Below, one piece after another: positions 23,018 through 37,458 of a stretch of DNA of 64,000 nt. A program made the translations under genes and the position numbers. Numbering within the stretch: the stretch's first letter is position 1; each line of letters opens with the position of its first letter. The notes below the pieces were generated by a model. The model was not told the origin of the DNA, did not search any database, and saw only the letters and a program-made list of their open reading frames with translations. Source of the stretch: Selaginella moellendorffii (lineage: Eukaryota; Plantae; Lycopodiophyta); NCBI RefSeq assembly GCF_000143415.4, contig NW_003314331.1:855169-919168 (forward strand). The letters run 5' to 3'.

Positions 23018-23662
23018 CTAACTTTTAAGCTTCTCCAACGCTTGTCTTACATCTTCAGCTCTTGCAATTTCCTTAAGCAGATTGCTTATTTTCTTCAATT
23101 CATCATATTTATGCCCTTTCCTGTTTTTGAATGCACGGATGACAATTCCATTGCTGGGCTGCAAGCAAAAGGACTCTGGCTTGTCGTCCACGATCACCGT
23201 GTGTCTGAGGTCCCGCCCTAATCTCGAAAGATCTTTCACAACCTTTCTCCCTCCCACTTCCTTGGGCGAGCATGAATCTCTGTAGAGGCGATGGGTGAAG
23301 AGATTCCCAGCTGGGTCGAGCCTATCCAATATCCTGTCCGCATAAGGCTTCACCGCTCGAGTAAAAACCACAATCTCGTATATCTCACTCATCTCATTTA
23401 GAAATGTATCCACACCTGGCCGCTTTGCGACAAGGTAGCGCTGCAATGGAAGAGTCTTCCCACTGAAGAGCTTGAGGGACGCTATAGCCTTGTGGGCATG
23501 GATTAGTGTCTCGTCCATGTCTAACACAAGCGTCGGTTTCTCCTCCAAAGCTGGCGGTAGTAGTGGAGAACTGTGTGTCACCTTTACCTTTTTGTTCTTT
23601 ACTTTGGTCACCATGTCGAGCGTTGCAAAACTCCAATCGCCATATTCTCTCGCCCTCTTCAT
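23018..23662 (-). CDS. NIF/FCP1-homology phosphatase, copy 2
   Basis: Intact 214-aa ORF, DMDET motif. Confidence 0.85.
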   Translation of the reverse strand: MKRAREYGDWSFATLDMVTKVKNKKVKVTHSSPLLPPALEEKPTLVLDMDETLIHAHKAIASLKLFSGKTLPLQRYLVAKRPGVDTFLNEMSEIYEIVVFTRAVKPYADRILDRLDPAGNLFTHRLYRDSCSPKEVGGRKVVKDLSRLGRDLRHTVIVDDKPESFCLQPSNGIVIRAFKNRKGHKYDELKKISNLLKEIARAEDVRQALEKLKS

Positions 23663-25709
23663 CGCTGTGATAAAAAAGAAAGAAAGAACGCAAGCCCTAA
23701 TTGTAAAGGATCTTTATAAATCAAATTAAATACACTTTACTAAATATACCATAATTCTGGCCGTAGAAAATTTCATGGATTTTTTCTCTCAGGCTCGCTG
23801 GTTTTGGAGGTGGGAGCGTTGTCCCACTTAAATGGCAATCCACAGTTTGAGAGGAGTACGCGCAGTACTAGTGAACTGAACTTACTGGGAACGAACCTTG
23901 ACATAACTGAAGATTTGTTCAATTGCATATTCTGGAACGCAGAGAGAGTTCAGTAGCTTTGGTTCTGACCTCCAGCATGGATGTAAAGCGGATTTGAGTC
24001 ACTGAAGGCGGAAGTTTGCCGGCTGAGAAAGAATCCAACAGCTCCAAATTTCCTTTTCAAGAAGTTCGTCTTTTGCTGATATCTATTCTGACTTGAGCAT
24101 TGAGAACGTGTGTTTCATTGTAGATCATTCCAACCATGGTTGTTAAACCATGGTTATCAACGTTAATGTGCTACTACTGCCTCTGGAGTAAAAGTTTGTT
24201 CGAGCTTTTGTGTGAGTTCGTGCTCTTGGATCTTTATCTATGGGAGATTGCCCGCTTTGTTTGCTCAATCTATTCTCTTTTCTCTTGGCTCTCCAGAAAT
24301 TATGGCTCCTACTCGAAAGCTTGTGCTTGCATCGCTCCTCTCATGCCTGGTCATCACTGCGGCTTTTGCCGCTGCAGTTTTGTTTAGTTCTTTCTCCAAA
24401 ATCTCGATAGTTTCTGTGTCCACACCAGCGACGACCATGGCGATCCATCAGCAAACTACAGTGCTCAATAGTATAACTCTCTGTGTGTTTTCCATGACGT
24501 TTTCTCTGTGGATCTTAGCCTTCCTTTACAGTACAGATCCTGCCCGAGTGTACTCAAAACAGTAAGAAACTTCAAGAAAATAAAGTGGTCAAGAAGTGGA
24601 TGATCTTGCTCGCCGGGTCCACTCTGCTGGATTTGTCACAGTCTTCGCTGGTTGTGAATTTCGAGTCGGAGGACACGTTCATTGACCCTGAAGGCAGCGC
24701 TCGCAGCAGTGGAAGCGTATACAATTTCTAGATTTTGAGAAGCACTGTTTTCTGCTACATTTCAAGTGGCTTGCAGATCCGTGGTGGTATGAACTTGGGG
24801 AACGTGAAGTCCTATCTCGATACTGGAGCAAGTCATGTGTTGTCACCTCGGTAAGTGTTTTACATCAGTCTTGGAATTTAACTCTTAACATTTTGTGTGT
24901 GTGAGATTAAGTTTTGCTCTGGCATTCTCTCGTGAGCAAGGAGCGCGATGCAATCGTCTGGATGGCAATGGTGCCGGATTTCGCTCACAAGGGACTCCTC
25001 TTGGAAACTCGAGTTTGGTGCCCGGAAGAGGCTCATTGCTTCTTGGAGGTGGCCAATTCCAGAGATAGGCCGAGAGGAGCACTTTGCGCGCCATCTTGCT
25101 CTTGTAAGGCATTCGATCGTAAATAAACTTTGCATTTTCAAGATGGTTTCTAGAGGTGAGCATATGGATCATTGTTGCCCAAGAGATGAGCCATCTTTAG
25201 GAAGGAATCTAGTGCCTCGTCCAAATGCCCATTCGAGGCATATGCGCCAAGCATGGAGTTCCAAGCCACCACGTGCCTCTCAAGCAAACATTTAGCCTCC
25301 TCCAAGCAGCCATGAGGTGCATAGCCGTCGATCATAGCCGTAAATGCCACTCATTAAGATCCGGGGCATCTTCAAAGAGATTCTTTGCTTGCTCCATATG
25401 CCCGGCCTGGTGATCATGGTCGTCCATGTTACTAGGGCATTCTATCAAAGAGATCTTTAGCTTCATCCAGCCGCTGGTTCTGGCAGTGGCCTTGGATCAT
25501 GGCCGTCCACGGCGCGTGAGAGATGCCCGTTATGGGCCATGGCCGTGCTAGAAACGGGGGTTTGCTCCGGCATGGAGTGGAATACCGCCTCCGCCTCGCC
25601 GAGATTGCCACTCGGCGAGTACATCTCGATCATCGCGTTCCAGGTGATGGAATTCTTTGCAGGGATGCGATCGAAGAGCTGCTTGGCGCGCTGCACGTCC
25701 CCGGCCGCG

Positions 25710-25809
25710 NNNNNNNNNNNNNNNNNNNNNNNNNNNNNNNNNNNNNNNNNNNNNNNNNNNNNNNNNNNNNNNNNNNNNNNNNNNNNNNNNNNNNNNNNNN
25801 NNNNNNNNN
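25710..25809. other. Assembly gap (100 N)
   Basis: N run. Confidence 0.99.
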
Positions 25810-26709
25810 ATCGCGCTTCCTCCAGGCAGCCGCAGCGGCCATACATCTGGACGAGGAGATTTCGCAGGAAGACGCTGTTGTTGTGGTCGCTGTGAAGGAT
25901 CTGGGCGATGGATCCGGCGGCCATTGTCGCAAGATGTGACGAGGGCGGCAAGCTCTTATGCGCATCGCATCATGGCCGTTGGATGATGGGGACGTCCGAG
26001 GTTCAAGTCCTGGCAGGTTCTAGCTTCCCGATGTTTTTCATGGCACGCTGCGAGAACTCATCCCCCATCGCTCAGCTGCACTCCAAATGCCGGGCGCGCT
26101 CGTCAACGACAGAATTAACTTCCTGGACACAAGTGGAAGAGAGCAGGCTGGTTTTCCGGGCGATGGATCAAAAGGATATCATCTCCTAATGTCTTGCGCA
26201 GCTTACGTTTGGGTTGAGCGTCTCAGCGGCAGTGCAAGATCTATCCTATCCGGTAAGCTCTTATTCCGTTTGCTCTCTTCTTGTTTCTTCGTTTCCAGTT
26301 GTGAGTTTTCGATTATGTTGACACGGTTGTGATGATCGGACAAACCAGCACTTTCCAAAAGGACAGCACTATCCATACTTATGGAAGCATCGTCTACGTG
26401 AAATGCACATCTACTATACGATCTACATCTCGGACGACTGTCCTAAGTCCATCTACGGGTACAAGAAAACTCATTTATATTTTGGAGAGAACTAAACGAG
26501 TGAAAAATAGGTGGCCATAGAGACTGGAACCCTCCAAATACGCTGCGTTCTAGCTGATAGTCGTCAGCTGCTCTATACCGATGGCTTTCCAGTAAGAAAC
26601 GTGTTTAACCGTGTTATATGCGCTTGCTTCAATGGAGCGTCCAACACCGCTCAAACAGGAGGCTTGGACATGCGAGTGATAGTAAGCAAGATAAGCAGGG
26701 TCTGACCTG

Positions 26710-26829
26710 NNNNNNNNNNNNNNNNNNNNNNNNNNNNNNNNNNNNNNNNNNNNNNNNNNNNNNNNNNNNNNNNNNNNNNNNNNNNNNNNNNNNNNNNNNN
26801 NNNNNNNNNNNNNNNNNNNNNNNNNNNNN
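26710..26829. other. Assembly gap (120 N)
   Basis: N run. Confidence 0.99.
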
Positions 26830-28072
26830 CTCTTAAGGTTTCTAAGCAATGCACGGCGTTATTGCTTTCTACAAAGACACCACGAGAGTCCTTGTTAACA
26901 CTCTTGGATTTCAAAGTTATGGAGGCACACGCTCCATACGTCTGGGTGGGATGTTTTCTCAGAAATCCTGGAGGTCTCGAGTTTTCTTGACTTTTAGGGA
27001 AGGTCAGGTATGGACGTCCATGAGCAAGATGAGATTGCAGTTTCGCAATGGTTTCAAGACGCATGAGCCGCAGGTCTTAGAGATCATAACCTTTCCAAAG
27101 TTTGGAATTGGACAGCGTGCGTTTCTCATCCAGACTCAAGGTATGTATGTTTGGAGCTATGGCCGTTGTGCATTTTTTATGGTTTTTATGTTTTTGATAG
27201 AGGGAAACATACTGTGGGACTGCATCTCATTTCTAGACGATGCCACAGTGGCGATAATCAAGTCACTAGGTGGATTGAGAGCGATTGCCACCTCTCACCC
27301 GCATTACTACAGCACAAACTCTCGATGGAGCGAGGCTTTTGGAGGCGTCCCGGTTTATACCCGCGAATGGTATTGTCTACCTTTGTTTCTCTCTTTCATT
27401 TCGATCTCTCTGTATCCATACTTTTGCAGAGTGGTTTACCAGCACGAAAAGGTGAAGTTCTACTATGGGAGGGACTCACGCTTTTAGCCTTGCACAAATC
27501 CTCCACTGGTCTCATGGAGCTCAAGGAGAGGTGTTTTATTCACTGGAGATATCTTACAGGTATAAACTTCTGTCGTTTACAAACTTTGTTTTCGTTTTGT
27601 TTTCCTCACTCCATGTTTGATTTGTAGGTGGGGATGGACAACAAAACAGTGAGCATAATGAGATCGTATCCAAGCTATATACCACTCGTCCATGTTTGAT
27701 TTGTAGGTGGGGATGGACAACAAAATAGTGAGCATAATGAGATCGTATCTAAACTATATACCACTCTTGTCAAGCCACACTAAAAGGATAGGCCAGGTGA
27801 TCGAGCCATGGGATTTTGGGAGGCTCTACATTGCGTTTCAGGACAGAGAGGATGACGCTGCTTAAGCATCACAATTATCGATTGACTCTCAAGTAATGAA
27901 TCAGACTGAAACTCGAGATGTCTTTCTGATTATGATTTGCCATAACATTGTTTCCAAAGCTAAATTGGACATTTGTTTTTGTGAGGGAGAAAATGCCACA
28001 ATCAACTTAGAGTGAGCAGTGTTACAGCATACACAGTGGATACATGGAGTTTCTTTTTACAAGATCTTTTGT

Positions 28073-28715
28073 CTAAGCTCTAAGCTTCTCCAATGCTTGT
28101 CTTACATCTTCAACTCTTGCAATTTCCTTAAGCAGATTGCTTATCTTCTTCAATTCATCATATTTATGCCCTTTCCTGTTTTTGAATGCCCGGATGACAA
28201 TTCCATTGCTGGGCTGCAAGCAAAAAGACTCTGGCTTGTCGTCCACGATCACCGTGTGTCTGAGGTCCCGCCCTAACCTTGAAAGATCTTTCACAACCTT
28301 TCTCCCTCCCACTTCCTTGGGCGAGCATGAATCTCTGTAGAGGCGATGGGTGAAGAGATCCCAGCTGGGTCGAGCCTATCCAATATCCTGTCCGCATAAC
28401 GCTTCACCGCTCGAGTAAAAACCACGATCTCATATATCTGACTCATCTCATTTAGAATGTATCCACACCCGGCCGCTTTGCGACAAGGTAGCGTTGCAAT
28501 GGAAGAATCTTCCCACTGAAGAGCTTGAGGGACGCTGTGGCCTTGTGGGCATGAATTAGTGTCTCGTCCATGTCTAACACAAGCGTGGGTTTTTCCTCCA
28601 AAGCTGGCGGTAGTAGTGGAGAACTGTGTGTCACCTTTACCTTTTTGTTCTTTACTTTGGTCACCATGTCGAGCGTTGCAAAACTCCAATCGCCATATTC
28701 TCTCGCCCTCTTCAT
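28073..28715 (-). pseudogene. NIF/FCP1-homology phosphatase, copy 3 (frameshifted)
   Basis: ORF split into 28452-28715, 28291-28746 and 28073-28312 by two single-base losses. Confidence 0.8.
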
Positions 28716-31494
28716 CGCTCTGATAAAAAAGAAAGAAAGAACGCAAGCCCTAATTGTAAAGGACCTTTATAAATCAAATTAAATACACTTTACGAAATAT
28801 ACCATAATTCTGGCCGTAGAAAATTTCATGGATTTTTTCTCTCAGGCTCGCTGGTTTTGGAGGTGGGAGCGTTGTCCCGCTTAAATGGCAATCCACAGTT
28901 TGAGAGGAGTATGCGCAGTACTAGTGAACTGAACTTACTGGGAACGAACCTTGACATAACTGAAGATTTGTTCGATCACATATTCTGGAACGCAGAGAGA
29001 GTTCAGTAGCTTTGGTTCTGACCTCCAGCATGGATGTAAAGCGGATTTGAGTCACTGAAGGCGGAAGTTTGCTGGCTGAGAAAGAATCCAACAGCTCCAA
29101 ATTTCCCTTAGCTCCAATCTAAACTCGCCTCAAGAAGTTCGTCTTTTGCTGATATCTATTCTGACTTGAGCATTGAGAACGTGTGTTTCATTGTAGATCA
29201 TTCCAACCATGGTGGTGAAACCATGGTTATCAACGTTAAGGTGCTACTACTGCCACTGGAGTAAAAGTTTGTGCGAGCTTTTGTGTGAGTTCGTGCTCCT
29301 GGATCTTTATCTATGGGAGATTGCCCCCTTTGTTTGCTCAATCTATTCTCTTTTCTCTTGGCTCTCCAGAAATTATGGCTCCTACTCGAAAGCTTGTGCT
29401 TGCATCGCTCCTCTCATGCCTGGTCATCACTGCGGCTTTTGCTGCTGCAGTTTTGTTTAGTTCTTTCTCCAAAATCTCGATAGTTTCTGTGTCCACACCA
29501 GCGACGACCATGGCAATCCATCAGCAAACTACAGTGCTCAATAGTATAACTCTCTGTGTGTTTTCCATGGCGTTTTTTCTGTGGATCTTAGCCTTCCTTT
29601 ACACGGCTAGGCCATGTTTTGTTCTTTGAAGTTAAGCTTGACTCGAGAAAATAAAGTGGTCAAGAAATGGATGATCTTGCTGGCCGGGTCTACTCTGCTG
29701 GATTTGTCACAGTCTTCGCTGGTTGTGAATTTCGAGTCGGAGGACACGTTCATTGACCCTGAAGGCAGCGCTCGCGGCAGTGGAAGCGTATACAATTTCT
29801 AGATTTTGAAAAGCGCTGTTTTCTGCTAGATTCCAAGTGGCTTGCAGGTTGGTGGTGGTATGAACTCGGGGAACGCGAAGTCCTATCTCGATACTGGGGC
29901 GAGTCATGTGTTGTCACCTCGGTAAGTGTTTTACATCAGTCTTGGAATTTAACTCTTAACATTGTGTGTGTGAGACTAAGTCTTGCTCTGGCATTCTCTC
30001 GAGAGCTTAGAGAGTTTGGTGCCCGGAAGAGGCTCATTGCTTCTTGGAGGTGGCCAATTCCAGAGATAGGCCGAGAGGAGCACTGTGCGCGCCATCTTGC
30101 TCTTGTAAGGCATTCGATCGTAAATAAACATTGCATTTTCAAGATGGTTTCTAGAGGTGAGCATATGGATCATTGTTGCCCAAGAGATGAGCCATCTTTA
30201 GGAAGGAATCTAGTGCCTCGTCCAAATGCCCATTCGAGGCATATGTGCCAAGCATGGAGTTCCAGGCCACCACGTGCCTCTCAAACAAACATTTAGCCTC
30301 CTCCAAGCAGCCATGAGGTGCATAGCCGTCGATCATAGCCGTAAATGCCACCTCATTAAGATCCGGGGCATCTTCAAAGAGATTCTTTGCTTGCTCCATA
30401 TGCCCGGCCTGGTGATCATGGTCGTCCATGTTACTAGGGCATTCTATCAAAGAGATCTTTAGCTTCATCCAGCCGCTGGTTCTGGCAGTGGCCTTGGATC
30501 ATGGCCGTCCACGGCGCGTGAGAGATGCCCGTTATGGGCATATGGCACGATCATGGCCGTGCTAGAAACCAGGGTTTGCTCCGGCATGGAGTGGAATACC
30601 GCCTCCGCCTCGCCGAGATTGCCACTCGGCGAGTACATCTCGATCATCGCGTCCCAGGTGATGGAATTCTTTGCAGGGATGCGATCGAAGAGCTGCTTGG
30701 CGCGCTGCACGTCACCGGCCGCGGCTTCAGGTCGTGGTTGCAAATGTAGGCCTGGAGGGTGAGATTCCAAGAGAAGAGATTGGGATCCGAGGTAGAATCG
30801 AAGACCGATCGCGCTTCCTCCAGGCAGCCGCAGCGGCCATACATCTGGACGAGGAGATTTCGCAGGAAGACGCTGTTGTTGTGGTCGCTGTGAAGGATCT
30901 GGGCGATGGATCCGGCGGCCATTGTCGCAAGATGTGACGAGGGCGGCAAGCTCTTATGCGCATCGCATCATGGCCGTTGGATGATGGGGACGTCCGAGGT
31001 TCAAGTCCTGGCAGGTTCTAGCTTCCCGATGTTTTTCATGGCATCCCCGATCGCTCAGCTGCACTCCAAATGCCGGGCGCGCTCGTCAACGACAGAATTA
31101 ACTTCCTGGACACAAGTGGAAGAGAGCAGGCTGGTTTTCCGGGCGATGGATCAAAAGGATATCATCTCCTAGTGTCTTGGCGCAGCTTACGTTTGGGTTG
31201 AGCGTCTCAGCGGCAGTGCAAGATCTATCCTATCCGGTAAGCTCTTATTCCGTTTGCTCTCTTCTTGTTTCTTCTTTTCCAGTTGTGAGTTTTCGATTAT
31301 GTTGACACGGTTGTGATGATCGGACAAGCCAGCACTTTCCAAAAGGACAGCACTATCCATACTTATGGAAACATCGTCTACATGAAATGCACATCTACTA
31401 TACGATCTACATCTCGGACGTCTGTCCTAAGTCCATCTACAGGTACAAGAAAACTCATGTATATTTTGGAGAGAACTAAACGAGTGAAAAATAG

Positions 31495-31686
<192 letters not shown>

Positions 31687-33055
31687 TGACCTGAGGTTCT
31701 GCTCCGCCTCCACCACATCCAGCAGCTGATGATATCTCCAGAGGATCTCAAGGTCTGTCAACCTTTCTCCTCGACTTTTAACAAGTTTGTCCTTTTACTG
31801 AGATCTTGGTCATCTCTTAAGGTTTCTAAGCAATGCACGGCGTTATTGCTTTCTACAAAGACACCACGAGAGTCCCTGTTAACACTCTTGGATTTCAAAG
31901 TTATGGAGGCACACGTCTGGTGGGATGTTTTCTCAGAAATCCTGGAGGTCTCGAGTTTTCTTGACTTTTAGTTTTAGGGAAGGTCAGGTATGGACGTCCA
32001 TGAGCAAGATGAGATTGCAGTTTCGCAATGGTTTCAAGAAGCATGAGCCGCAGGTCTTCGAGATCATAACCTTTCCAAAGTTTGGCATTGGACAGCGTGC
32101 GTTTCTCATCCAGACTCAAGGTATGTATGTTTGGAGCTATGGCCGTTGCGCATTTTTTATGGTTTTTATGTTTTTGATAGAGGGAAACATACTGTGGGAC
32201 TGCATCTCATTTCTAGACGATGCCACAGTGGAGATAACCAAGTCACTAGGTGGATTGAGAGCGATTGCCATCTCTCACCCGCATTACTACAGCACAAACT
32301 CTCGATGGAGCGAGGCTTTTGGAGGCGTCCCGGTTTATACCCACGAATGGTATTGTCTACCTTTGTTTCTCTCTTTCGTTTCGATCTCTCTGTATCCATA
32401 CTTTTGCAGAGTGGTTTACCAGCACGAAAAGGGTAAGTTCTACTATGGGAGGGACTCACGCTTTTAGCCATTTTGCTATCCTCCACTGGTCTCATGGAGC
32501 TCAAGGGAGGGGTGTTTTATTCACTGGAGATATCTTACAGGTATAAACTTCTGTCGTTTACAAACTTTGTTTTCGTTTTGTTTTCCTCACTCCGTGTTTG
32601 ATTTGTAGGTGGGGATGGACAACAAAACAGTGAGCATAATGAGATCGTATCCAAGCTATATACCACTCTCGTCCATGTTTGATTTGTAGGTGGGGATGGA
32701 CAACAAAACAGTGAGCATAATGAGATCGTATCTAAACTATATACCACTCTTGTCAAGCCACACTAAAAGGATAGGCCAGGTGATCGAGCCATGGGATTTT
32801 GGGAGGCTCTACGTTGCGTTTCAGGACAGAGAGGATGACGCTGCTTAAGCATCACAATTATCGATTGACTCTCAAGTAATGAATCAGACTGAAACTCGAG
32901 ATGTCTTTCTGATTATGATTTGCCATAACATTGTTTCCAAAGCTAAATTGGACATTTGTTTTTGTGAGGGAGACAGTGCCACAATCAATTTAGAGTGAGC
33001 AGTTGTTACAGCATACACAGTGGATACATGAGTTTCCTTTTACAAGATCTTTTGT

Positions 33056-33700
33056 CTAACTTTTAAGCTTCTCCAACGCTTGTCTTACATCTTCAGCTCT
33101 TGCAATTTCCTTAAGCAGATTGCTTATTTTCTTCAATTCATCATATTTATGCCCTTTCTTGTTTTTGAATGCACGGATGACAATTCCATTGCTGGGCTGC
33201 AAGCAAAAGGACTCTAGCTTGTCGTCCACGATCACCGTGTGTCTGAGGTCCCGCCCTAATCTCGAAAGATCTTTCACAACCTTTCTCCCTCCCACTTCCT
33301 TGGGCGAGCATGAATCTCTGTAGAGGCGATGGGTGAAGAGATTCCCAGCTGGGTCGAGCCTATCCAATATCCTGTCCGCATAAGGCTTCACCGCTCGAGT
33401 AAAAACCACAATCTCGTATATCTCACTCATCTCATTTAGAAATGTATCCACACCCGGCCGCTTTGCGACAAGGTAGCGCTGCAATGGAAGAGTCTTCCCA
33501 CTGAAGAGCTTGAGGGACGCTATAGCCTTGTGGGCATGGATTAGTGTCTCGTCCATGTCTAACACAAGCGTCGGTTTCTCCTCCAAAGCTGGCGGTAGTA
33601 GTGGAGAACTGTGTGTCACCTTTACCTTTTTGTTCTTTACTTTGGTCACCATGTCGAGCGTTGCAAAACTCCAATCGCCATATTCTCTCGCCCTCTTCAT
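33056..33700 (-). CDS. NIF/FCP1-homology phosphatase, copy 4
   Basis: Intact 214-aa ORF; DDKPES changed to DDKLES. Confidence 0.85.
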   Translation of the reverse strand: MKRAREYGDWSFATLDMVTKVKNKKVKVTHSSPLLPPALEEKPTLVLDMDETLIHAHKAIASLKLFSGKTLPLQRYLVAKRPGVDTFLNEMSEIYEIVVFTRAVKPYADRILDRLDPAGNLFTHRLYRDSCSPKEVGGRKVVKDLSRLGRDLRHTVIVDDKLESFCLQPSNGIVIRAFKNKKGHKYDELKKISNLLKEIARAEDVRQALEKLKS

Positions 33701-34869
33701 CGCTGTGATAAAAAAGAAAGAAAGAACGCAAGCCCTAATTGTAAAGGATCTTTATAAATCAAATTAAATACACTTTACTAAATATACCATAATTCTGGCC
33801 GTAGAAAATTTCATGGATTTTTTCTCTCAGGCTCGCTGGTTTTGGAGGTGGGAGCGTTGTCCCGCTTAAATGGCAATCCACAGTTTGAGAGGAGTACGCG
33901 CAGTACTAGTGAACTGAACTTACTGGGAACGAACCTTGACATAACTGAAGATTTGTTCGATTGCATATTCTGGAACGCAGAGAGAGTTCAGTAGCTTTGG
34001 TTCTGATCTCCAGCATGGATGTAAAGCGAATTTGAGTCACTGAAGGCGGAAGTTTGCCAGCTGAGAAAGAATCCAACAGCTCCAAATTTCCTTTTCAAGA
34101 AGTTCGTCTTTTGCTGATATCTATTCTGACTTGAGCATTGAGAACGTGTGTTTCATTGTAGATCATTCCAACCATGGTGGTGAAACCATGGTTATCAACG
34201 TTAAGGTGCTACTACTGCCTCTGGAGTAAAAGTTTGTGCGAGCTTTTGTGTGAGTTCGTGCTCTTGGATCTTTATCTATGGGAGATTGCCCGCTTTGTTT
34301 GCTCAATCTATTCTCTTTTCTCTTGGCTCTCCAGAAATTATGGCTCCTACTCGAAAGCTTGTGCTTGCATCGCTCCTCTCATGCCTGGTCATCACTGCGG
34401 CTTTTGCCGCTGCAGTTTTGTTTAGTTCTTTCTCCAAAATCTCGATAGTTTCTGTGTCCACACCAGCGACGACCATGGCGATCCATCAGCAAACTACAGT
34501 GCTCAATAGTATAACTCTCTGTGTGTTTTCCATGACGTTTTCTCTGTGGATCTTAGCCTTCCTTTACAGTACAGATCCTGCCCGAGTGTACTCAAAACAG
34601 TAAGAAACTATCAAGATTCTAGGGAAGAAAACTGCTACCTTCATTTCCAGCAGCAAAAGCAGAAGTGATGAGCAAGCACAAGGTAAAGCTCCATGAGACA
34701 CAGTGTGAAGTGTTGGTCACTGAATGGTAGCTACTTGAGTTATTGTTGATTACCGTTACCATGAACATAATTATGCTTGGAATCCTGATCCACATTTGCC
34801 TGCTCCCACATCACAACCAAAAATGTGATATAGACAAAGGTTATGACAAGTAAATCAACAGTTTTTTGC

Positions 34870-35617
34870 TGATCTCTGTCCCAACTCAAGACATCGCAAT
34901 ATGAAACATTGCCTCCAAATATGTCGAGAGAAGAGCCAGCAGTCCAGCATTTCTGTTGAGATCCAGATCTTCGAGCGATGTTACTGCACCAGCATACGTA
35001 ACCGGGAGCTACACCAATAGTCACTCACAACTAAGCATGAAGAGTCCAAGATGATACGTACTGGAGACCAAGATGTTGACAAGCTCCTCATCGATTCCCA
35101 GCCTGGTGTGGCGGTAGGATTCCAGCTTAAACTATTCTACTTGTCTTACGTTTTCATTCCGAGATCCACCTCATGGACATGATAGTTGCGATTGCGCTAA
35201 ACCAGCTAGAGTTTCTATCAATGCTTGGCAGATCACTAAACTTTTTGCCACCAGTCAGTATACTCCATCCTGACAAAACTTTTTCTTTTAGATATGTTAC
35301 TACAAGGAATTTACTCGCCTTCTTGCTGCAACTCAGGTCCAACCTAAGACGATCAAGCACTGGCAATCACATGACTCGCTCTAGCATCGAGTCGCGTTCC
35401 ACAAGTTGACACCACCACCGATCTGCAAGCCAGCAGAAGATCAATGTAATAGAAAGAAACATTTTCTAAACATTACTTGCCCAATAGTGCCGTGAGCGCT
35501 GCTTTCAAGCTCAAAGAATCTCCCCGGTTTTGAACTCATTGGTGCTCCTGGGATTGCAATTCACATGGGAGAATTCCAGCGGATCGTCAAGCTGTGCGGT
35601 TTCACCCCTGCATACAA
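34870..35617 (-). pseudogene. Degenerate HISN3 copy, type B; also ~39077-39826, 54214-54979, 58498-59266
   Basis: [35 protein letters not shown]; many deletions. Confidence 0.85.
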
Positions 35618-36545
35618 TGTAAGGGTTCTTTATGGAGTGTAGAGATAATACAATGAGTAAGGAAGCAACTGATGGGGTCTACTCTGATGGATTCAGTGGT
35701 TGTGAATTTTGAGTCAGAGAAATCGGCTGCCAAGTTTGCTGGAATGTACCTACGGGTGATCTTCCCTGAGAACATGTGTTCATAGCAAGGAGTTCAAATG
35801 GCATTGCAGCAGTAGGATCAGTATTTAACATTGTAATGCCTTATGCCATGTTATGTTCTTTGAGAGTTCACAACTAAAGATAACTCCACCTTAATAGTGC
35901 CTGGCCAGTTCTAATAAGACCTGGCCAAATTGCGATAGGCACTAGGCAGTTCCAGCCATGGCTTTCTAACAGCGAAGTTGCAAATGTTTTGGCACTGGTT
36001 GGTATAGACTGGCCTGGGTTGTAAACGAAAGTCTCGGTCCTTGGCCTTGAATTGTCCAGCCACCTTGGCCAGTCTTTGCGCTACAATGGCAGGCATTTCC
36101 AAGCAATGTTTTACAATGGGACTTGTGGAAGTGAAAAAAACTTGTTTAGGTTAAGTTCTCAAAGCGGAAGAACATAACATGGCCTAGCCTTGAAAAGAAA
36201 TACAAAAACCATCCAACCAAAAATCATGGAAAACACGCACAGAGCTCTATTGAGCCCACAAGTGTTTGTTTGATCCATCACATGGTCTGTAAATCCAGCT
36301 CAAACAGAAAGAAACTATCAACATTCTAGAGAAGAAAACTGCTACCTTCATTTCCAGCAGCAAAAGCAGCAGTGATGAGAAGGCACGCAAGCAGAAGCTT
36401 TTGAGAAGGAGCCATTTCTCCGAGCAAAAGGAATGAGAAAACAAAAGGGGCAGCCATACACACAGAGGCTCCCACCGAGTTTTAGAATGCGAAGTGTTGG
36501 TCTTACAATTTGGGGTTGGTCAACCTCGGAAATGAATTCAGGATT

Positions 36546-37458
36546 GATCTCTGTGCCAACTCAAGACATCGGAATATGAAACATTGCCTCCAAATATGTC
36601 GAGAGCAGAGCCAAGAGTCACGTCTACAACGCCCCCAGCATTTTTTATGAGATCCAGATCTTCGAGCAATGTTACTCCACCAGCATACGTAACCGGGATC
36701 TACATCAATACTCACTCACAACTAAGACACCAAGATCATGAAGAGTCCAAGATGATACGTACTGGAGACCATTGGCCCAAGATCTTGACAAGCTCCTCGT
36801 CGATTCCCAGCCTGGGGTAGCAGCGATAAGGTTCCAGCTTAAACTATTCTTACTACTTGTCTTACTGCTTTCCTTCGACGTCCACCCCATGGACAAGAAA
36901 CTCGTCGCAAAAGTTTCATGTGTTACAAGCTATCCATCTTCTTTCTGCAACTCAGGTCCAAAACGAGCCTCTTCCGGCCAACAAGGCGTACTAGCTGCTG
37001 GAGCCTTTCAGTGTCGACCTTGCCGTCCTTAAACACGAACTAGAAAAACCAAAGTTGGAGTTATTCCCTCATAAGACTGATATAAAACACTCACCGAGGT
37101 GACAATCACATGACTCGCTCCAGCATCGAGATAAGACTTCGCGTTCCCCAAGTTGACACCACCACCGATCTGCAAGCCGCCTGAAATCTAGCAGAAACGA
37201 GAGCTGTCAAAATCTAGAAACAAATGCAATAGTAAGAAAAAAGAACATTACTTGCCTAGATACGCTTCCAGTGCCGCGAGCGCTGCTTTCAGGCTCAAAG
37301 AATCTCCCCCGAGCATGATCACGTGTCCGCCGGGAAGATCATCGCGGCGATACATTCCAGCAAACTCGGCAGCCGATTTCTCCGACTCGAAATTCACAAC
37401 CAGCGAAGACTGCGACGAATCCAGCAGAGTAGATCCCAAAATTTGCTTCATCTTTCCC
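36546..37458 (-). pseudogene. Near-complete HISN3 copy, type A (lacks exons 1-2 and most of exon 6); also ~40785-41697, 55953-56867
   Basis: [48 protein letters not shown]; deletion junction near 36907. Confidence 0.9.

Noticed and set aside
35880-36120. Recurrent ORF MEMPAIVAQRLAKV.. as a gene
   Set aside because: It recurs only because the unit is duplicated; no recognisable family, and copy 1 is frameshifted.
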